Assembly (NCBI GenBank): GCA_013265495.1
Contig: MU058540.1
Coordinates: 2,133,696-2,197,695 of the forward strand
Reading direction: 5' to 3'
Origin: Vicugna vicugna
Taxonomy: Eukaryota
DNA: 64,000 bases
Positions 1 through 12,001 of this stretch are shown one piece after another. A model generated the notes under the pieces. It was not told the DNA's origin. It did not search any database and was given only the letters and a program-made list of their open reading frames with translations. Position 1 is the first letter of the stretch; every line of letters begins with the position of its first letter. A program made the translations under genes and the position numbers.

Positions 1-1956
1 TAAAATGGCAAAGATCTCAATTTTATTTAATAAGTATTAACGTTTTAACCTAAGAATAATTCAAAAAGAGAAACAAATTTCTCTCCATGTAAGTTATTCT
101 GTTTCACTTCAATGAAATACCTTCTCAGAAAAAAATTCCTTTCCCAAACTAGAATTTCAAACCATTAAATGTTACTATCCATCATGTAATAATTTTTCAC
201 GCTGGGGCAAAATCCAAAATACGTGTTAAGACTACAAGATTTTGTTTCATTGTCATCTTTTTAAAAAGTTAAACATAGAAATAATTCCATTGGCTACTAT
301 TTAACTTGGGTAAAGACCATTCCATCCTCATTTAGAATACGATATATTCTGAAAAGGACTAGAATGTTTTCTCCATTCCAAAAAGTAGCTTACCGCCCTA
401 TTAAGTCTGTGATAGAGACACTTTGACCTTCAAATTCCATGTGTAATATTCAGCAGACAATAGAGGAGGATCTTTAATTTCCAGGGATAGAAATATTAAG
501 AAAAATACACACAAATCTGATTTTTGGTGAGATCAATTTGAAATTCCCAACCCTGTTTTTGATAATCAGATGATCATTTTCAGGGGACTAGGAGTGGCTC
601 CTTATTTAACATCATCTTTAAATTACCAAGAGTGAGGCTGAATGCTACAAATGGTTCTGGAAATTTACCTCTGCCTGCTTTAGGAAGGGTTTGCAAGCAC
701 AAAAGGGAAAAAACAACCCTCTTCTAGCCTTTGATCTGTTTTCATCCTTTGTTCCTCCTTCCAAAAAAATGAGCAAATTCAAAGCCATACAATTCAAATA
801 TACTACATTTTTAATCTCTTTTTAAAACTGTTGAAATAGGTTTACTCGAATACATTTTTAATCTTTGAAAAACACTCTTAGCATCTGGACGTTCCCTAAC
901 TTTCACAGATGTGTATCTGTTTACTTAAAAACCCATTATTTCACTCTGAAAATACATCATTTTCATTTTTTTCTAATAATTGTACCTTTTTCTAAAAGAA
1001 AAAAAACAACTTTCATTAACTGGTACAAAAATGACAGCAGCTCCAAAGAGCTATAATCCCCCAACTTTCATATCTTTTGTCTGATTATTTTAGAAAACTA
1101 AAATAAAATTTGATTCTTATTTTTAAAATGTTTTTCTTCCAGACCAACAGTAGAAAACAGGTATACCAAATGTTTAGACCCCATACTCCCTCTGGTGGTC
1201 CTTCACTCTCATTAACCAGATGTTTTCCAAAAGACTAGAAATACTAAAATAAGTATAAAATGAACTTGTCCTATTTAAGGATTATAGCCTTATACGCTTA
1301 AATTTCAGCTAAGTACAGTTCAATTCTGATCGTAACAATGAGGTACAAATTATTCTGAGTACTTGAATTTTAGTGTTTCAAATACTACTGAAACATCCTT
1401 AGTAACTTGTTAGCTATGTACATAAGGTCCTATTATAACTCATTTTAGCTTCATTTGGCAGAACTGTCTTTTATACAATAAACATCTTACTTGCAAAAAA
1501 AAATTCACACGTAAGTGGCTACTGTTTTTAAATCAATAGTTATGTGATTTACATACCAACATCCACTAGTCTCTGATGAGTGTAGATTAATTTTCCTTAC
1601 ACTTTTGTGGGTATAATGTCAGAAGTTAACAATGCACTGTAAAAAAATTCAGAATGTAAAATAATAAAAAAAAATCTAATTACTAATCAACTAGGTTAGA
1701 AAGTTCAAATAGTTTAAGAATTATAAAATGCACGTATTTAACTGTTCAGCATCAAATAATTACAGAATTTAGTGTGCCAAAATACGTACAATATAGATTC
1801 TTTATTAGGAATTATGAATAATTATATTGAAGGCCTACAGAAGATATTATTAATGACAGACACAACATTCATTTTACTGTTAAATAAAGCAGTATTGTCT
1901 AACAGTATCATGTGATTTATCCTCAATTTAGCTGGTTTAATATGTCCCTATTTTTT

Positions 1957-2001
1957 TTTAACATTTTTTATTGATTTATAATCATTTTACAATGTTGTGT
2001 C
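1957..2001 (-). mobile_element. Extremely 5'-truncated L1 3' tail (about 45 bp) with target-site duplication
   Basis: Minus strand GACACAACATTGTAAAATGATTATAAATCAATAAAAAATGTTAAAA is L1 3'-end-like. It is flanked by the direct repeat AATATGTCCCTATTTTTT at 1939-1956 and 2002-2019. Confidence 0.7.
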
Positions 2002-2105
2002 AATATGTCCCTATTTTTTGTGGCTTTATTCATCCAAAAATATTTACCCACGTCCAGACTCAAAAGGAGACACACCTGAGGGTAAGTGACTTAAAAACAC
2101 TCCCA

Positions 2106-2216
2106 GGGGAGGGTATAGCTCAAGTGGTAGAGTGCATGCTTAGCATGCACAAGGTCCCGAGTTCAATCCCCAGTACCTTCTCTAAAAATAAACCTAGTTA
2201 CTTCCCCCCCCCAAAC
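2106..2216 (+). mobile_element. Camelid tRNA-Ala-derived SINE (vic-1 type)
   Basis: GGGGAGGGTATAGCTCAAGTGGTAGAG...GTTCAATCCCCAGTACC with A/B boxes and an A-rich tail; TSD AAAACACTCC at 2094-2103 and 2217-2226. Confidence 0.85.
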
Positions 2217-3796
2217 AAAACACTCCGTTTATTGTGTAGATGCAAGAATTCAACTTATGCTTAATTTTGAAACTGTAATGTGGTTGATAATTTTATGATG
2301 TGGTCTACCACAAGTTTAAAGTGAACAAAAATCAGTAATTAAAATATGTAAAAACTGAACTTAAAATAGACTTAATTAAAAGTTCCTAAAATATACTTTT
2401 GTGTAAAATAAGACTATGAAATATAACTAATTTATGATATGTGGTATATTTAAGCATAACCATAGGATAAAGATTATAATACTTCTAATCGCACACAGTA
2501 GTTAAATATATTCCTATACATTTTAAAGAACAATTATATAAGTCATCCATAACAATGAGAGCCTCAGTCTCATAAGACTCCTTAGAATTACTTACATAAA
2601 ATAAAACTCACACTACACCAGCCACTATTCAATCTACCTTCACTAAGCATCAAAAAACCAATTCAACTTTTAGTAGCAGTAACTTCTACAGCTATTGAAA
2701 GAGAATGTTCTTCCTTCTCTAGATTGACTCATTCTAAGCTAAGACTCCTTCAGGAAACTAAATAACCTAAAATATGTATCCTTTTCCAATCCAAGAATAA
2801 ACAGAAAATTGAAGATTTCATTAGTTGCCTAATCCAATATTTAAAAATTCTCATGTTGAACTAGTTAAAATCATGTTTCAGAAAAGAAATTCACCCCAAA
2901 TTTCCATAACTAAAAAAAAAACTTTAATGATTCAGAAACGTATTTGCTTTGTTAAATATTGGAAAGACAAAGACCTCATAGCATATAAGCCTGTTGTTTT
3001 AGAGAAATGAAGCATTTTATAGAGACTCTGATTTTTTTTTTTAAATCCCAGATAGTCACAACTAGCCTACTGGTTTCAGTTCACCTTTAAATGGTGGTAC
3101 TAATTAGCTAGGTAAGTAAAATTACCATTCAAAGAAACACTAATAAAGTAGCATAATTAAATCAAAATTATAACTTTGAAGAAGTTAAAACTTACATCTC
3201 TTAAGTATAAATCAGCACAGACATCAAAAAAGATACACTACAAGTAAAAAAAAATTGAGTAATCTAAATCAACTGCTTCTCACAAATGTTAATCTTCATA
3301 ATATATTTTGAAATAATTATTATATATTATTTTAAAACATTTTTTTTCTATAGATGCTCTAATTGGTCAGGGCCATAACTGTAGACTGCTAAGCAGAGGC
3401 CAGCTGGGAGACAGAGAAACAAAAAAATGTTAAGTTAAAGTATAACAAAAATTTCCCACAAGAATAATAAGTTTTTCGAGTCTATCCCTGCATTTTGATT
3501 CAGACGCCAAGAGGAAAAGCTAGTATATTTCTCTAAAGTAAAAATTCTCCCGTGGGATTGGGGGTGGGGGAGATTCCCATAGATTATTAAAAATACTGAA
3601 TCAGAATACGCCATAAGTTTTCCCTTGTCTACAATCTAACAAAATGAGAAGACAATGAAAATACACACTCCTGTGTACCCTCAGAGAGGCAAAGAAAGCT
3701 CCCATTCAATGCTAAGCTTTATTCTGCTCCTGAAAAGTAAATCCAAAACCACGAGCTCAAACTTCATGCAGAATTTGCTGAATGGCGGCCAAACGT

Positions 3797-3865
3797 TGTA
3801 CACGCTGTCCTGAACCACACTGAAGGATATCTAGAGTTCTGCATTCTCCATTTACAACGTGTACC
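3797..3865. promoter_or_regulatory. Pair of GRE/ARE-like IR3 elements in FKBP5 intron 1
   Basis: TGTACA-CGC-TGTCCT at 3797-3811 and TTTACA-ACG-TGTACC at 3851-3865; YY1-like AATGGCGGCC at 3781-3790. Confidence 0.5.
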
Positions 3866-4199
3866 TTACAGTGCTTTCGCCAGCACTGCAGAAACTGAAT
3901 TTTAAATTGGGACTAAGTGTTCCTCCCGGCTCGTCAATGGAAAGAGGGCAACCTACACGCTGACAACCCCCACCCCACAGCCGATTTAAAAAAAAAAATT
4001 AACTACTGGTTTTGACTCCAGTACCGTGGCGGGCACACCTTTTTAGACATCATTAAAGGAGAAGGCGTTATAACGTCCCGGAGTAAATTGAATACCGAGC
4101 CCTGAGACAACTCTTCACTGGCTTTCACCTGGATTTAGAATCACCTGTTAGAACTGCGCTGCACGAGCACTCTCTAAGAGGCACTCTCTAAGAGGGCCT

Positions 4200-5330
4200 C
4201 TAAGAGCGGCCGAAAGCGGGATGCTGTTCCCACTCACTGGTCCGAGAGGCAGGTGAAGGCGGTGAACGTGCACCCACAATCACCTCCCGGGGAGCGCAAA
4301 TTGAAAACGAGCACAGCGGCAACGGGACAGTCCGTTATCCTCCCCTTTCTAGGGCCCCGCCAGGTGTGCGAAGCTCCATCGCGCCCGCGGCGTCCCGGCG
4401 CACGGCTCACCTCCGCTCCACTTCTCCGGCCGCCCTGGCCCCGGAAGGCGAAGTTTCCCTCCCGCCCGCGGCAGCTGCTGCTCACGCGCGCCCGGCTCTC
4501 CGCGGGTCCCGCCGCCTGCTCCGGGAGGTCATGGGGGCCGGGCGTCGGGCGAGTCGGGGGCAGCCGACGGGAGCCGGGGCTAGGACCTGTCACCCAGGCG
4601 GGAAACAAAAGTCGGGTGAGGAGTAGCGGCCGCGACCCGCCTCGCCTCCGCGACCGGGAGCGTGGTGGGGGCCGGGAGCGGCTCCTGTGGCAGCCCAGCT
4701 CTGCGCCTCCCGGAGGGAGCCCCGGCCCCGCGGCTCGGCGGGACGCAGAGGGGCCCCGCAGTGGGGCTGGGGGCCTCCGGCGCGCCCGCCTCGAGGCTTC
4801 TCCGGCCCCGCTCGCCCCGACGCGCCGTCCCCAGGCTGGGGAGCCGCGTGAGGGGGCGGGGAGGCGGCGCAGCGGCGGCCAGACCGCTAAGGAGGGAATT
4901 CTGCTCACGGGGCTCCGCAGCCGCCCGCCCTATCCTTGCGGCCATGGCGCGGGTACCTGTCGCCACGGTTGCTCTTCGGTTCTGTCTCTCTTCGCCTCAC
5001 TACAGCGCCGCTTGCTCCTCAGCCCGCCCAGCAGGCCGCCCGCGCACCGGACTCCGCCGCCGGAGACTGGCAGCGCCCGCGAACCGGCCCGAATCCCCGG
5101 GGCAGCGCCCGGCGCCGTCCCGCCCCCGCCGGCCGCAGGACCCGCCTTCCATAGGGCCCCGGGGCTGTCAGTCCGCCCCCAAAAGGCGCGCGGGCTGTGG
5201 CTCGGCCTGTCCGGATTGGCGGCCGCGCGCGGTCCATGCAAATGAGGCCCCTCCCCCACCCGTTTGCACCTCCGCCTTAGTGTAACCTCCGCCTCTCCAC
5301 GCCAGTCCACGTGTCTGGCCCTTGCCCTTT
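4200..5330 (-). promoter_or_regulatory. FKBP5: FKBP5 CpG-island promoter (CCAAT 5215-5219 on minus strand, octamer ATGCAAAT 5236-5243, E-box CACGTG 5308-5313, GC boxes)
   Basis: Very GC- and CpG-rich stretch spanning exon 1; motifs read directly from the sequence. Confidence 0.85.
4957..5068 (-). other. FKBP5: FKBP5 non-coding first exon (5' UTR); coding exons lie outside the window to the left
   Basis: Minus strand reads AGTCTCCGGCGGCGGAGTCCGGTGCGCGGGCGGCCTGCTGGGCGGGCTGAGG...GTGGCGACAG|GTACCC. This closely resembles the human FKBP5 exon 1 as I recall it, ends in a GT donor at 4956-4955, lies in a CpG island, and fits the synteny with ARMC12. The 5' end is approximate. Confidence 0.85.
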
Positions 5331-5590
5331 GTGGGGGCTGGAGGGAAGGGATGGAGGAAACTGACCTACACTCCCTCACACCATCCCTTACCTCCGGAGG
5401 AACTAATGCCTCAACAAGCTAGTTGACCTTACATAGAAACTGCCCCTCTGAAAGCTCTTCCCTTCTTTCTGCCCACCTGACCTGCCTGGAGGATGGAGAG
5501 GGGTAGACCAGCTTGTTTGTGTCAGGTAGGCAGGCTTGGTTAGCCCCAAGAAGCAACCCTAGAAACTCAAAGTTGTCAAGTTGGAACTGG

Positions 5591-5600
5591 GGAAAATCCC
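5591..5600 (-). promoter_or_regulatory. NF-kB site about 0.5 kb upstream of the FKBP5 TSS
   Basis: Minus strand GGGATTTTCC matches GGGRNTTTCC. Confidence 0.5.
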
Positions 5601-7569
5601 ATCTGGGGATTTAGCATGTAGCATTTACCTCTAGACACTCAGTGTCTGTGAAGACTACACTTTCCCTTGGCTTTCCACCTTTCAAACATGAGATCCCAGG
5701 TGATTGAGACAGCAAAAGGCTTTAAAAGATGTTTGTGTTCTGTGCCCTCTGAGCAAACTCACCTTCAAAAGGGGCTCAGGCTTCTCCAATGAAATGGCCA
5801 CCCAGAGATTAAGATGAAGGGGCTGAACTAGCTACACCTGGGCCTCAGGGAGGAAACAGAAACCTAGCTTATGGGACTTAATAGTTACCTATGGAAACCT
5901 AATGTCTCGTAGCCAAATTAGAAGCCACCTCTCCTAGCTCCACATCTGCTCTCTATACTGTATCATGTTGGTCATTTAGGTATTCATGAAGAGCTTCTTC
6001 CACAAATCACCATCCCTGCCTTCAAGAGATGGGGTGTCTGCAGAAATGACCACTAGAGCTGACACTGAAACCTCTTTAATTGCAAGGGCCCTATCTCCAT
6101 GCCTAGAAGCTTCCCTTTTTACCAGATCCCAGGGAGAGTTACTGAAACAATTTATTCGTGCATTAATTCAGCAAGAGAATGGTACTTAAAACTACTCTGC
6201 ATACTAACATAAATTGATTAAGTACCTACTATGCTTTTTAACAGGAAATATTAAGCACTATGCCATGTGCAGGGTATACAGACGTGAGAAGACATTGTCC
6301 CAGCCCTTGAGAGCTTCAGCCTAGGAGACACTGACATCCACATTACATGCCAGTGCTCCTCACGTTACAGAGACTGTGAGAGACATCTGCATAGGGAGTG
6401 GCTGTGCATCGGCCAATGGAGGGCTCCAAGGAGGGGGAGAAACAGCTCTTCCTGGGAGAGTCAGGGAAGGCCTCATTGACAAGGTGACGTTAGAGCTGAG
6501 TCTTAAAAGATAAAGTATTAAAAGATGGTGTTTGCCAGATGGAAGGAAGTGGAAGAGGAAGGAAAGGAACTCCCACAGTGGGGGTTGGTGGTGGTGGGAA
6601 TAATGTGAGCAAAAAGAATGCGGACCTGGAAAAGCCTAGTAATTGAGGGAACAGCAAGGAGCAGTGTGGGCAGATCTGCAGGGCTGTGTGGCCATGTCAC
6701 ATGCTCTGGGTCCAGGCCCTTCCAGGAGGAAGACAGACCCAGGAGGCTGCCAGGCTGTGTTGTAACACACCGCAGCAAACAACAACAGGCCCTGTAGATA
6801 CAGCTGCAGGCTCTTTTTTTCTAGGCCAGAGTCTGTGGGGAACAGTCAGTTCCACAGTTCCGATGGCAGCCTGGCTGGCCCCACCCACTCTCTCAGAAAA
6901 CCACTCCGGTCAGTGCACTTGCCTTTCTCAGCATTTGGAAACACGTGTGCTTGCAATTTCCCTAAACATTGCTGCCTTTCAGAATTCAAAGATAATGTGA
7001 GCTATGGCTGCAGACACCTGGGTGTGGGATGAGCAGCCCTTTTCTAAAGCAGAGAGCAATTCTTTGCAAGGCCTGTCACCAAGGCTGGCTTCATGGCCAT
7101 GTGACCTGTGTTTGGTTTAGTGCTCTGTTGTCAGTCTTGAAAGTCTTAATTTTTTTCACAAGGGGTCCCACATTTTCATTTTGTGATGGGATCTGCAAAT
7201 TATTTTCCAGTCCTACCCGTCACTGTGAGTGATCCTGCTCCAACCATATCTCATTTTTAATACACTTGGCATTCACCTGGTTTATTCACATGCATTGTAT
7301 CACTTGATTCTCACAATGACAATGTAGGGTATGCCAGTGTTACCAGCCCTACCTATTAGTTGAGAAAACTGAAGGTTGGCAACCTTCTCCAGGTGGCACA
7401 GCTAGGAAGTGACAGTTTGTACTTGAACTCAGCCCACCCAAGCCCTATTCCACCTGCTGCAGAGCTACCTCCATGTTGGTTGTAAAATCTTTTCAAAGGC
7501 AGATTTGTACATGAAGGATATACTGTTTTAAGGGCCAACACCTGATTCAATGGATATCTGTCATTTCAT

Positions 7570-8350
7570 GGCTGCCTCTTTTAAGCAGTTTTTCATCAGT
7601 TTTGAAAATTTTTCAGCCATTATACATTCAAATACTGTTTCTGTATCTTTTCCTTTTTCCTTCTGGGCCCCCAGTTGAAACATATATGAGACTTTCTCAC
7701 TATATTCTTATCGTCTGTATTTTCTATCTTTTGAACTTCTATGCATTGTTCTAGAAGTTTCTTCTGACTCTTTTTCAGTTCACTAATTCTCTCCAGCTTT
7801 TAAAAAAATTCTCCTCTGAAACCGATCCACTGAGCTATTAAATTTGGTTATTCTATTTTTTTTTTAAGTTCTAGAATTTCTATTTGGTTCTTTTTCAGAT
7901 CTGCTATATCACTTCTTATATCTCTTAGTGCCCTGCTATAAGTTTCAAGCTTGGCTTTGCTCTTTTTAAACACAGTAAGTATAGTTGTTTTATGGTCTGT
8001 GTCCCTGGAGAGGACACAATCTGGAGTCCCTGCTGGTCCACTTCCATTATCAGTTTTTACTACTGGTTCTTGCTCATGTTGTTTTATCTCCTCGTGTGCC
8101 TGGTTATGTTTTGGACATTGTATTTGAAAAATCATTTGAGGCAATGATGAAAATATCTTCCACTGAAAGGATTCCATTTGTTTCCATAGGCATCCTGGGA
8201 CACTAGGAAGCTAGGATCACCTTAAGCCAGTTTCAGGGTTTCTGATTTTCTGAGCCTCTCTGAAGACTTGAAGCTAGACCAGGGTCTGTGGGAGGGTTTC
8301 TTTATTTTTGGATCCCCCTTACTAATGCTACAGTACTTTGAGGTCCCTGT
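7570..8350 (-). mobile_element. Old L1 (L1M) 5'/ORF1 fragment
   Basis: ORF 7848..8177(-) contains the L1 ORF1 coiled-coil-like DLKKNQIEILELKK; the surrounding sequence is typical antisense L1M 5' region. Confidence 0.6.
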
Positions 8351-8422
8351 TGAAGATGGGGAGGTTTTTTTCAGTTATATATTGTCTCATAGCAAACTGT
8401 CCCCAAATTTAGCAGCTTAAAA

Positions 8423-8598
8423 CAGGTGTCAGCAGACTTTTTCTTAAAGGGACAGATGGTAAATATTTTAGGCCTGCAGGCCATATAGTCTCTGTCACAA
8501 TGACTCAACTCTGTCATTGTAGTACAAAACAGTCATAGACAATGTGAAAATGAATGGCCTAGCTATATTACAATGAAACTTTATTTATAAAAACAGCC
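8423..8598. mobile_element. MER58-like hAT-Charlie DNA transposon fragment
   Basis: CAGGTGTCAGCAGACTTTTTCTTAAAGGGACAGATGGTAAATATTTTAGGC resembles the MER58A terminus. Confidence 0.6.
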
Positions 8599-10830
8599 AT
8601 CCTCAACCTGATAAAAGGCCACTACAAAAACCCCACAACTAATCCCATACCTAATGGTGAGAGACTGGATATTGCCCTCAGAAAATAAGACAAGGAACAA
8701 GATAAGGATGTCCACTCTTGCCACTTCTATTTAATATTCTACTGGAGGTTCTAGCCAAGGCAATTAATTAGTCAAGAAATAAAAGTTAAAAGGCATTATG
8801 GTGAAGCCACTGTGGGAAACAATATGGAGGTTCCTCAAAAAACTAAAAATAGAACTACCATATGATCCAACAATTCCACTCCCAAATATATATCTGAAGA
8901 AAATGAAGACACTAATTCAAAAAGATGCATGCACCCCAATGTTCATAGCAGCATTATTTACAATAGGCAAGATGTAGAAGCAATGTAAGTATCCATCAAC
9001 AAATGAATGAAGATGTGGTATATATACAATGGAACATTACTCAGCAATAAAAAAGAATGAAATTCTGCCATTTGCAACAACGTGGATGGACCTAGAGAGT
9101 ATTATGCATAGTGAAATAAGTCAGTCAGAGAAAGAGAAATACTCTACATTATCACTTATATGTGTAATCTAAAACATGAAACAAGTGAATGTATATAACA
9201 GAACAGAAATAGACTCACAGATATAGAGAACAAACTAGTGGTTACCAGTGAGGAGAGGAAAGGGGAGAAGGGCACAATATGGGTATGGGACTAAGAGATA
9301 CATACTACTATGTATAAAATAGGTAAGCAACAAGGATGTATAGTACAGCAGAGAGAAATAAAGCCATTATTTTGTAATAACTTTAGATGGACTATAACCT
9401 ATAAAAATATTTAATCACTATATTGTACACCCCAAACTAAAATTAACATAATATTGTAAATCAACTATACTTCAATCACACACACACACACACAGGCATC
9501 AGATTAGAAAGGAAAAAGTAAAACTATATCTACTCACAGAAAACATGATCTTGTGTATGGACTGTCCTAAAGAATCCACTAAAAAGCTGTTAAAACTAAT
9601 TAATGAATTCAGCAAGTTTGCAAGATACAAGATCAATAACAAATATCAATTGTATTTTATATATTTGCAATGAACAATCCAAAAATAAAATTAAGAAAAT
9701 TTTTCCATTTATAATAGCATCAAAAAGAATAAAATACTTGGGGATAAATTTAACAAAAGAAGTGCCAAACCTACACTCTGAAAACTGCGACATTTTGCTG
9801 AAAGAAGTTAAAGACCTAAATAATTGGAAAAACATCCTATGTATCAAAAGACTTTAAACATTGTTAAGATGGTGATACTCCCCAAATTGATCTATACATT
9901 CAATGTAATCCCATCAAAGTCCCAGCTGACTTTATAGAAATTGACAAGCAGGTTCTAAAATTCATATGGAATTTGCAAGGGACCCAGAATAACCAAAACA
10001 ATATTTAAAAAGAAAAACAAAGTAGGAAGACTCACATTTTCTGATTCCAAAACTTACTACAAAACAACAATAATCAACATTTTGTACTAGTACAAAGATA
10101 GACACATCCTTGACAATGAAATATCTTAGATCAATGAAATAGAGTTGAAAGTCCAGAAGTAAACCCATACACCTGTAGTCAACTGATTTTCCACAAAGGT
10201 ATGAAGTATTGGTAAGTATGGGGAGACACTGAAACCCCTGTGCATTGTTGGTGGGAATTTAAAATCATATGGCCTCTGCAGAAAATAGTTTGGCACTTCC
10301 TAAAATGTTAAAAAAAAATTACCATAAGACCCAGCAATTCCACCTGTAGTATATACCCAAAGGAACTGAAAGTAAGAACTCAAACAGATATTAGTACACC
10401 AATATATATATATCAGCATTATTCATAATAGACAAAAGGTGAAAATAACCCAAATGTCTATCAACTGATGAATAGATACACTAGGATGTGGTATATCCAT
10501 AAGATGGAACATTATTTGGCTATAAAAAGGAATGAAGTACTGACAGATGCTATAGTATGGATCAACCTCGAAAGCATTACACTAAATAAAAAAAGCCAGT
10601 GACAAAAGACTGCATATTATATGATTCCATTAATGTGAAATGTCCAGATCAGGGAAGATAAGACAGGAAGTAGATTAGAGATTGCTTAGAACTGGGAGTG
10701 TAGGGGAAGGAAGGACAGGAAGATAATAGGTAAAGGGTATGGGTTTATTTCTGAGGTGATGAAAATGTTCTAAAGTTGGCTGTGGTGGTGGTTGCACACA
10801 TCTGTGAATATATTAAAACCACTCAGTTGC
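8599..10830 (+). mobile_element. L1M ORF2/3' UTR fragment with a second L1 3' end nested at about 8798-9493
   Basis: ORF2 remnants such as KRIKYLGINLTKEV (ORF 9603..9857). The host sequence AAAAGGCAT...AGGCATCAGATTAGAAAGG is interrupted by an L1 3' UTR ending in a (CA)n tail. Confidence 0.8.
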
Positions 10831-11650
10831 ATGATTGGGCTTCCAAACATGGTGGCTGGCTTTCGCCAATGAGCAAATGTAGAGATTGCCAGGCCTTCTT
10901 AAGGTTTAGGCCTGGAAATGACAGTGTCATTTCCACCATGTTCTGCTGGTTAAAGCAGGTCACAGGCCAGCCCAGAGTAAAAGGGAAGGGAACCAATCAT
11001 AGCGTGACTATTGAGATACACAGTTCATTGGGGCCCACCAAAGTAACAATCTACCCCAATCTGCCCTCTATCCCTAATAATCTACTTCCTCCCCCATGCA
11101 AAATACACTTACTACCCCTTAAAACCCCCCAAATCTCACCCAACTACAGTACCAGGATTGAGCTGGAAGTCCATAATTTCATCATTTAAATCAAGTCCAG
11201 GTATGAGTAAGGTTTCTCAAGTGATGCTTCTCTGAATCTGATGACTTTTGAACTAGAGACTAGTTATCTTCCCCCTATGGGAAATGGTGAAGCAGAGAAA
11301 GGGAAATCTCAGTAGATACTCCAGTTCAAAAAGGAGGAAATGGCCAGCACACAGCAGCCACAGGCCCATGCAATTCTGAAATCTAGTTGGGCAAATGTCA
11401 CCAATTCCTTGGTTAGATCCCAGTTCTTAGGGAAGTAGGACTTCTTTTGTGGCAACTGGCTTCCCCCAGAGCCAAAATATGGAAACTGCCTTCTTAAGGC
11501 TAGAACCAGGCCCGGTGCAACATCACTTCCACTACATTCTATTGGGTAAAGTGGATCACAGGGCCTGTCCAGGGTGAAGAGTAGTACACAGGGCATGAAT
11601 ACCTATAGTTGTGGTTCATTGAGGGTCATCAAAGTAATACTCTACCACAG
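10830..11650. mobile_element. MaLR (MLT1-type) LTR fragments
   Basis: Two CACTTCCAC..CATT(C)TATTGG..AAAG..TCACAGG-type MLT1 segments. Confidence 0.45.
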
Positions 11651-11809
11651 GGTGATTCATCAGCCTCCAACCCTGGCGGGCCCTGAGCTCCGATTGTGAA
11701 CCCCTAGTCCTAAGAAACTTTCAAAAGCACAACTCAGCCTCTCCAATGACTCAGACTGGCAAATGCCTTTGGGTCAAAGAGGCTCCAAGTGTTGGACTCA
11801 CTTCTCTGG

Positions 11810-12001
11810 TAGAGTTGCCAGATTTAGCAAACAAAAATGCAGGACATTAAGTTAAGTTTGACTTTCAAATAAACAACAAATTATTTCTTAGTATTACTAT
11901 GCCCTAAATATTGCATGGGCGTACTTATGCTAAAAAATAATTTGTTATTCATCTGAAATTCAAATTGAACTGGGAGTCCTGTATTTTATCTGGCAACTCT
12001 A
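11810..12001. mobile_element. MER53-like MITE / DNA transposon
   Basis: Perfect 14-bp terminal inverted repeats TAGAGTTGCCAGAT (11810-11823) and ATCTGGCAACTCTA (11988-12001); about 190 bp long. Confidence 0.75.

Larger units (their letters stand above)
1..4956 (-). other. FKBP5: FKBP5 intron 1 (partial; AT-rich distally)
   Basis: Downstream of the exon-1 donor on the minus strand; no FKBP51 coding sequence recognised in 1-4956. Confidence 0.8.

Noticed and set aside
2106..2180. tRNA-Ala-like sequences (also at 41745, 43790, 47893, 54490)
   Set aside because: These are SINE heads with A-rich tails and TSDs and divergent stems, not tRNA genes.
4234..5379. Long overlapping ORFs (up to 330 aa) on both strands
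   Set aside because: Low-complexity Pro/Arg/Gly/Ala products caused by stop-codon scarcity in the FKBP5 CpG island; no recognisable domain.
9596..10168. ORFs resembling reverse-transcriptase-associated protein
   Set aside because: Fragmented old L1 ORF2 remnants; not an intact retroelement or domesticated gene.
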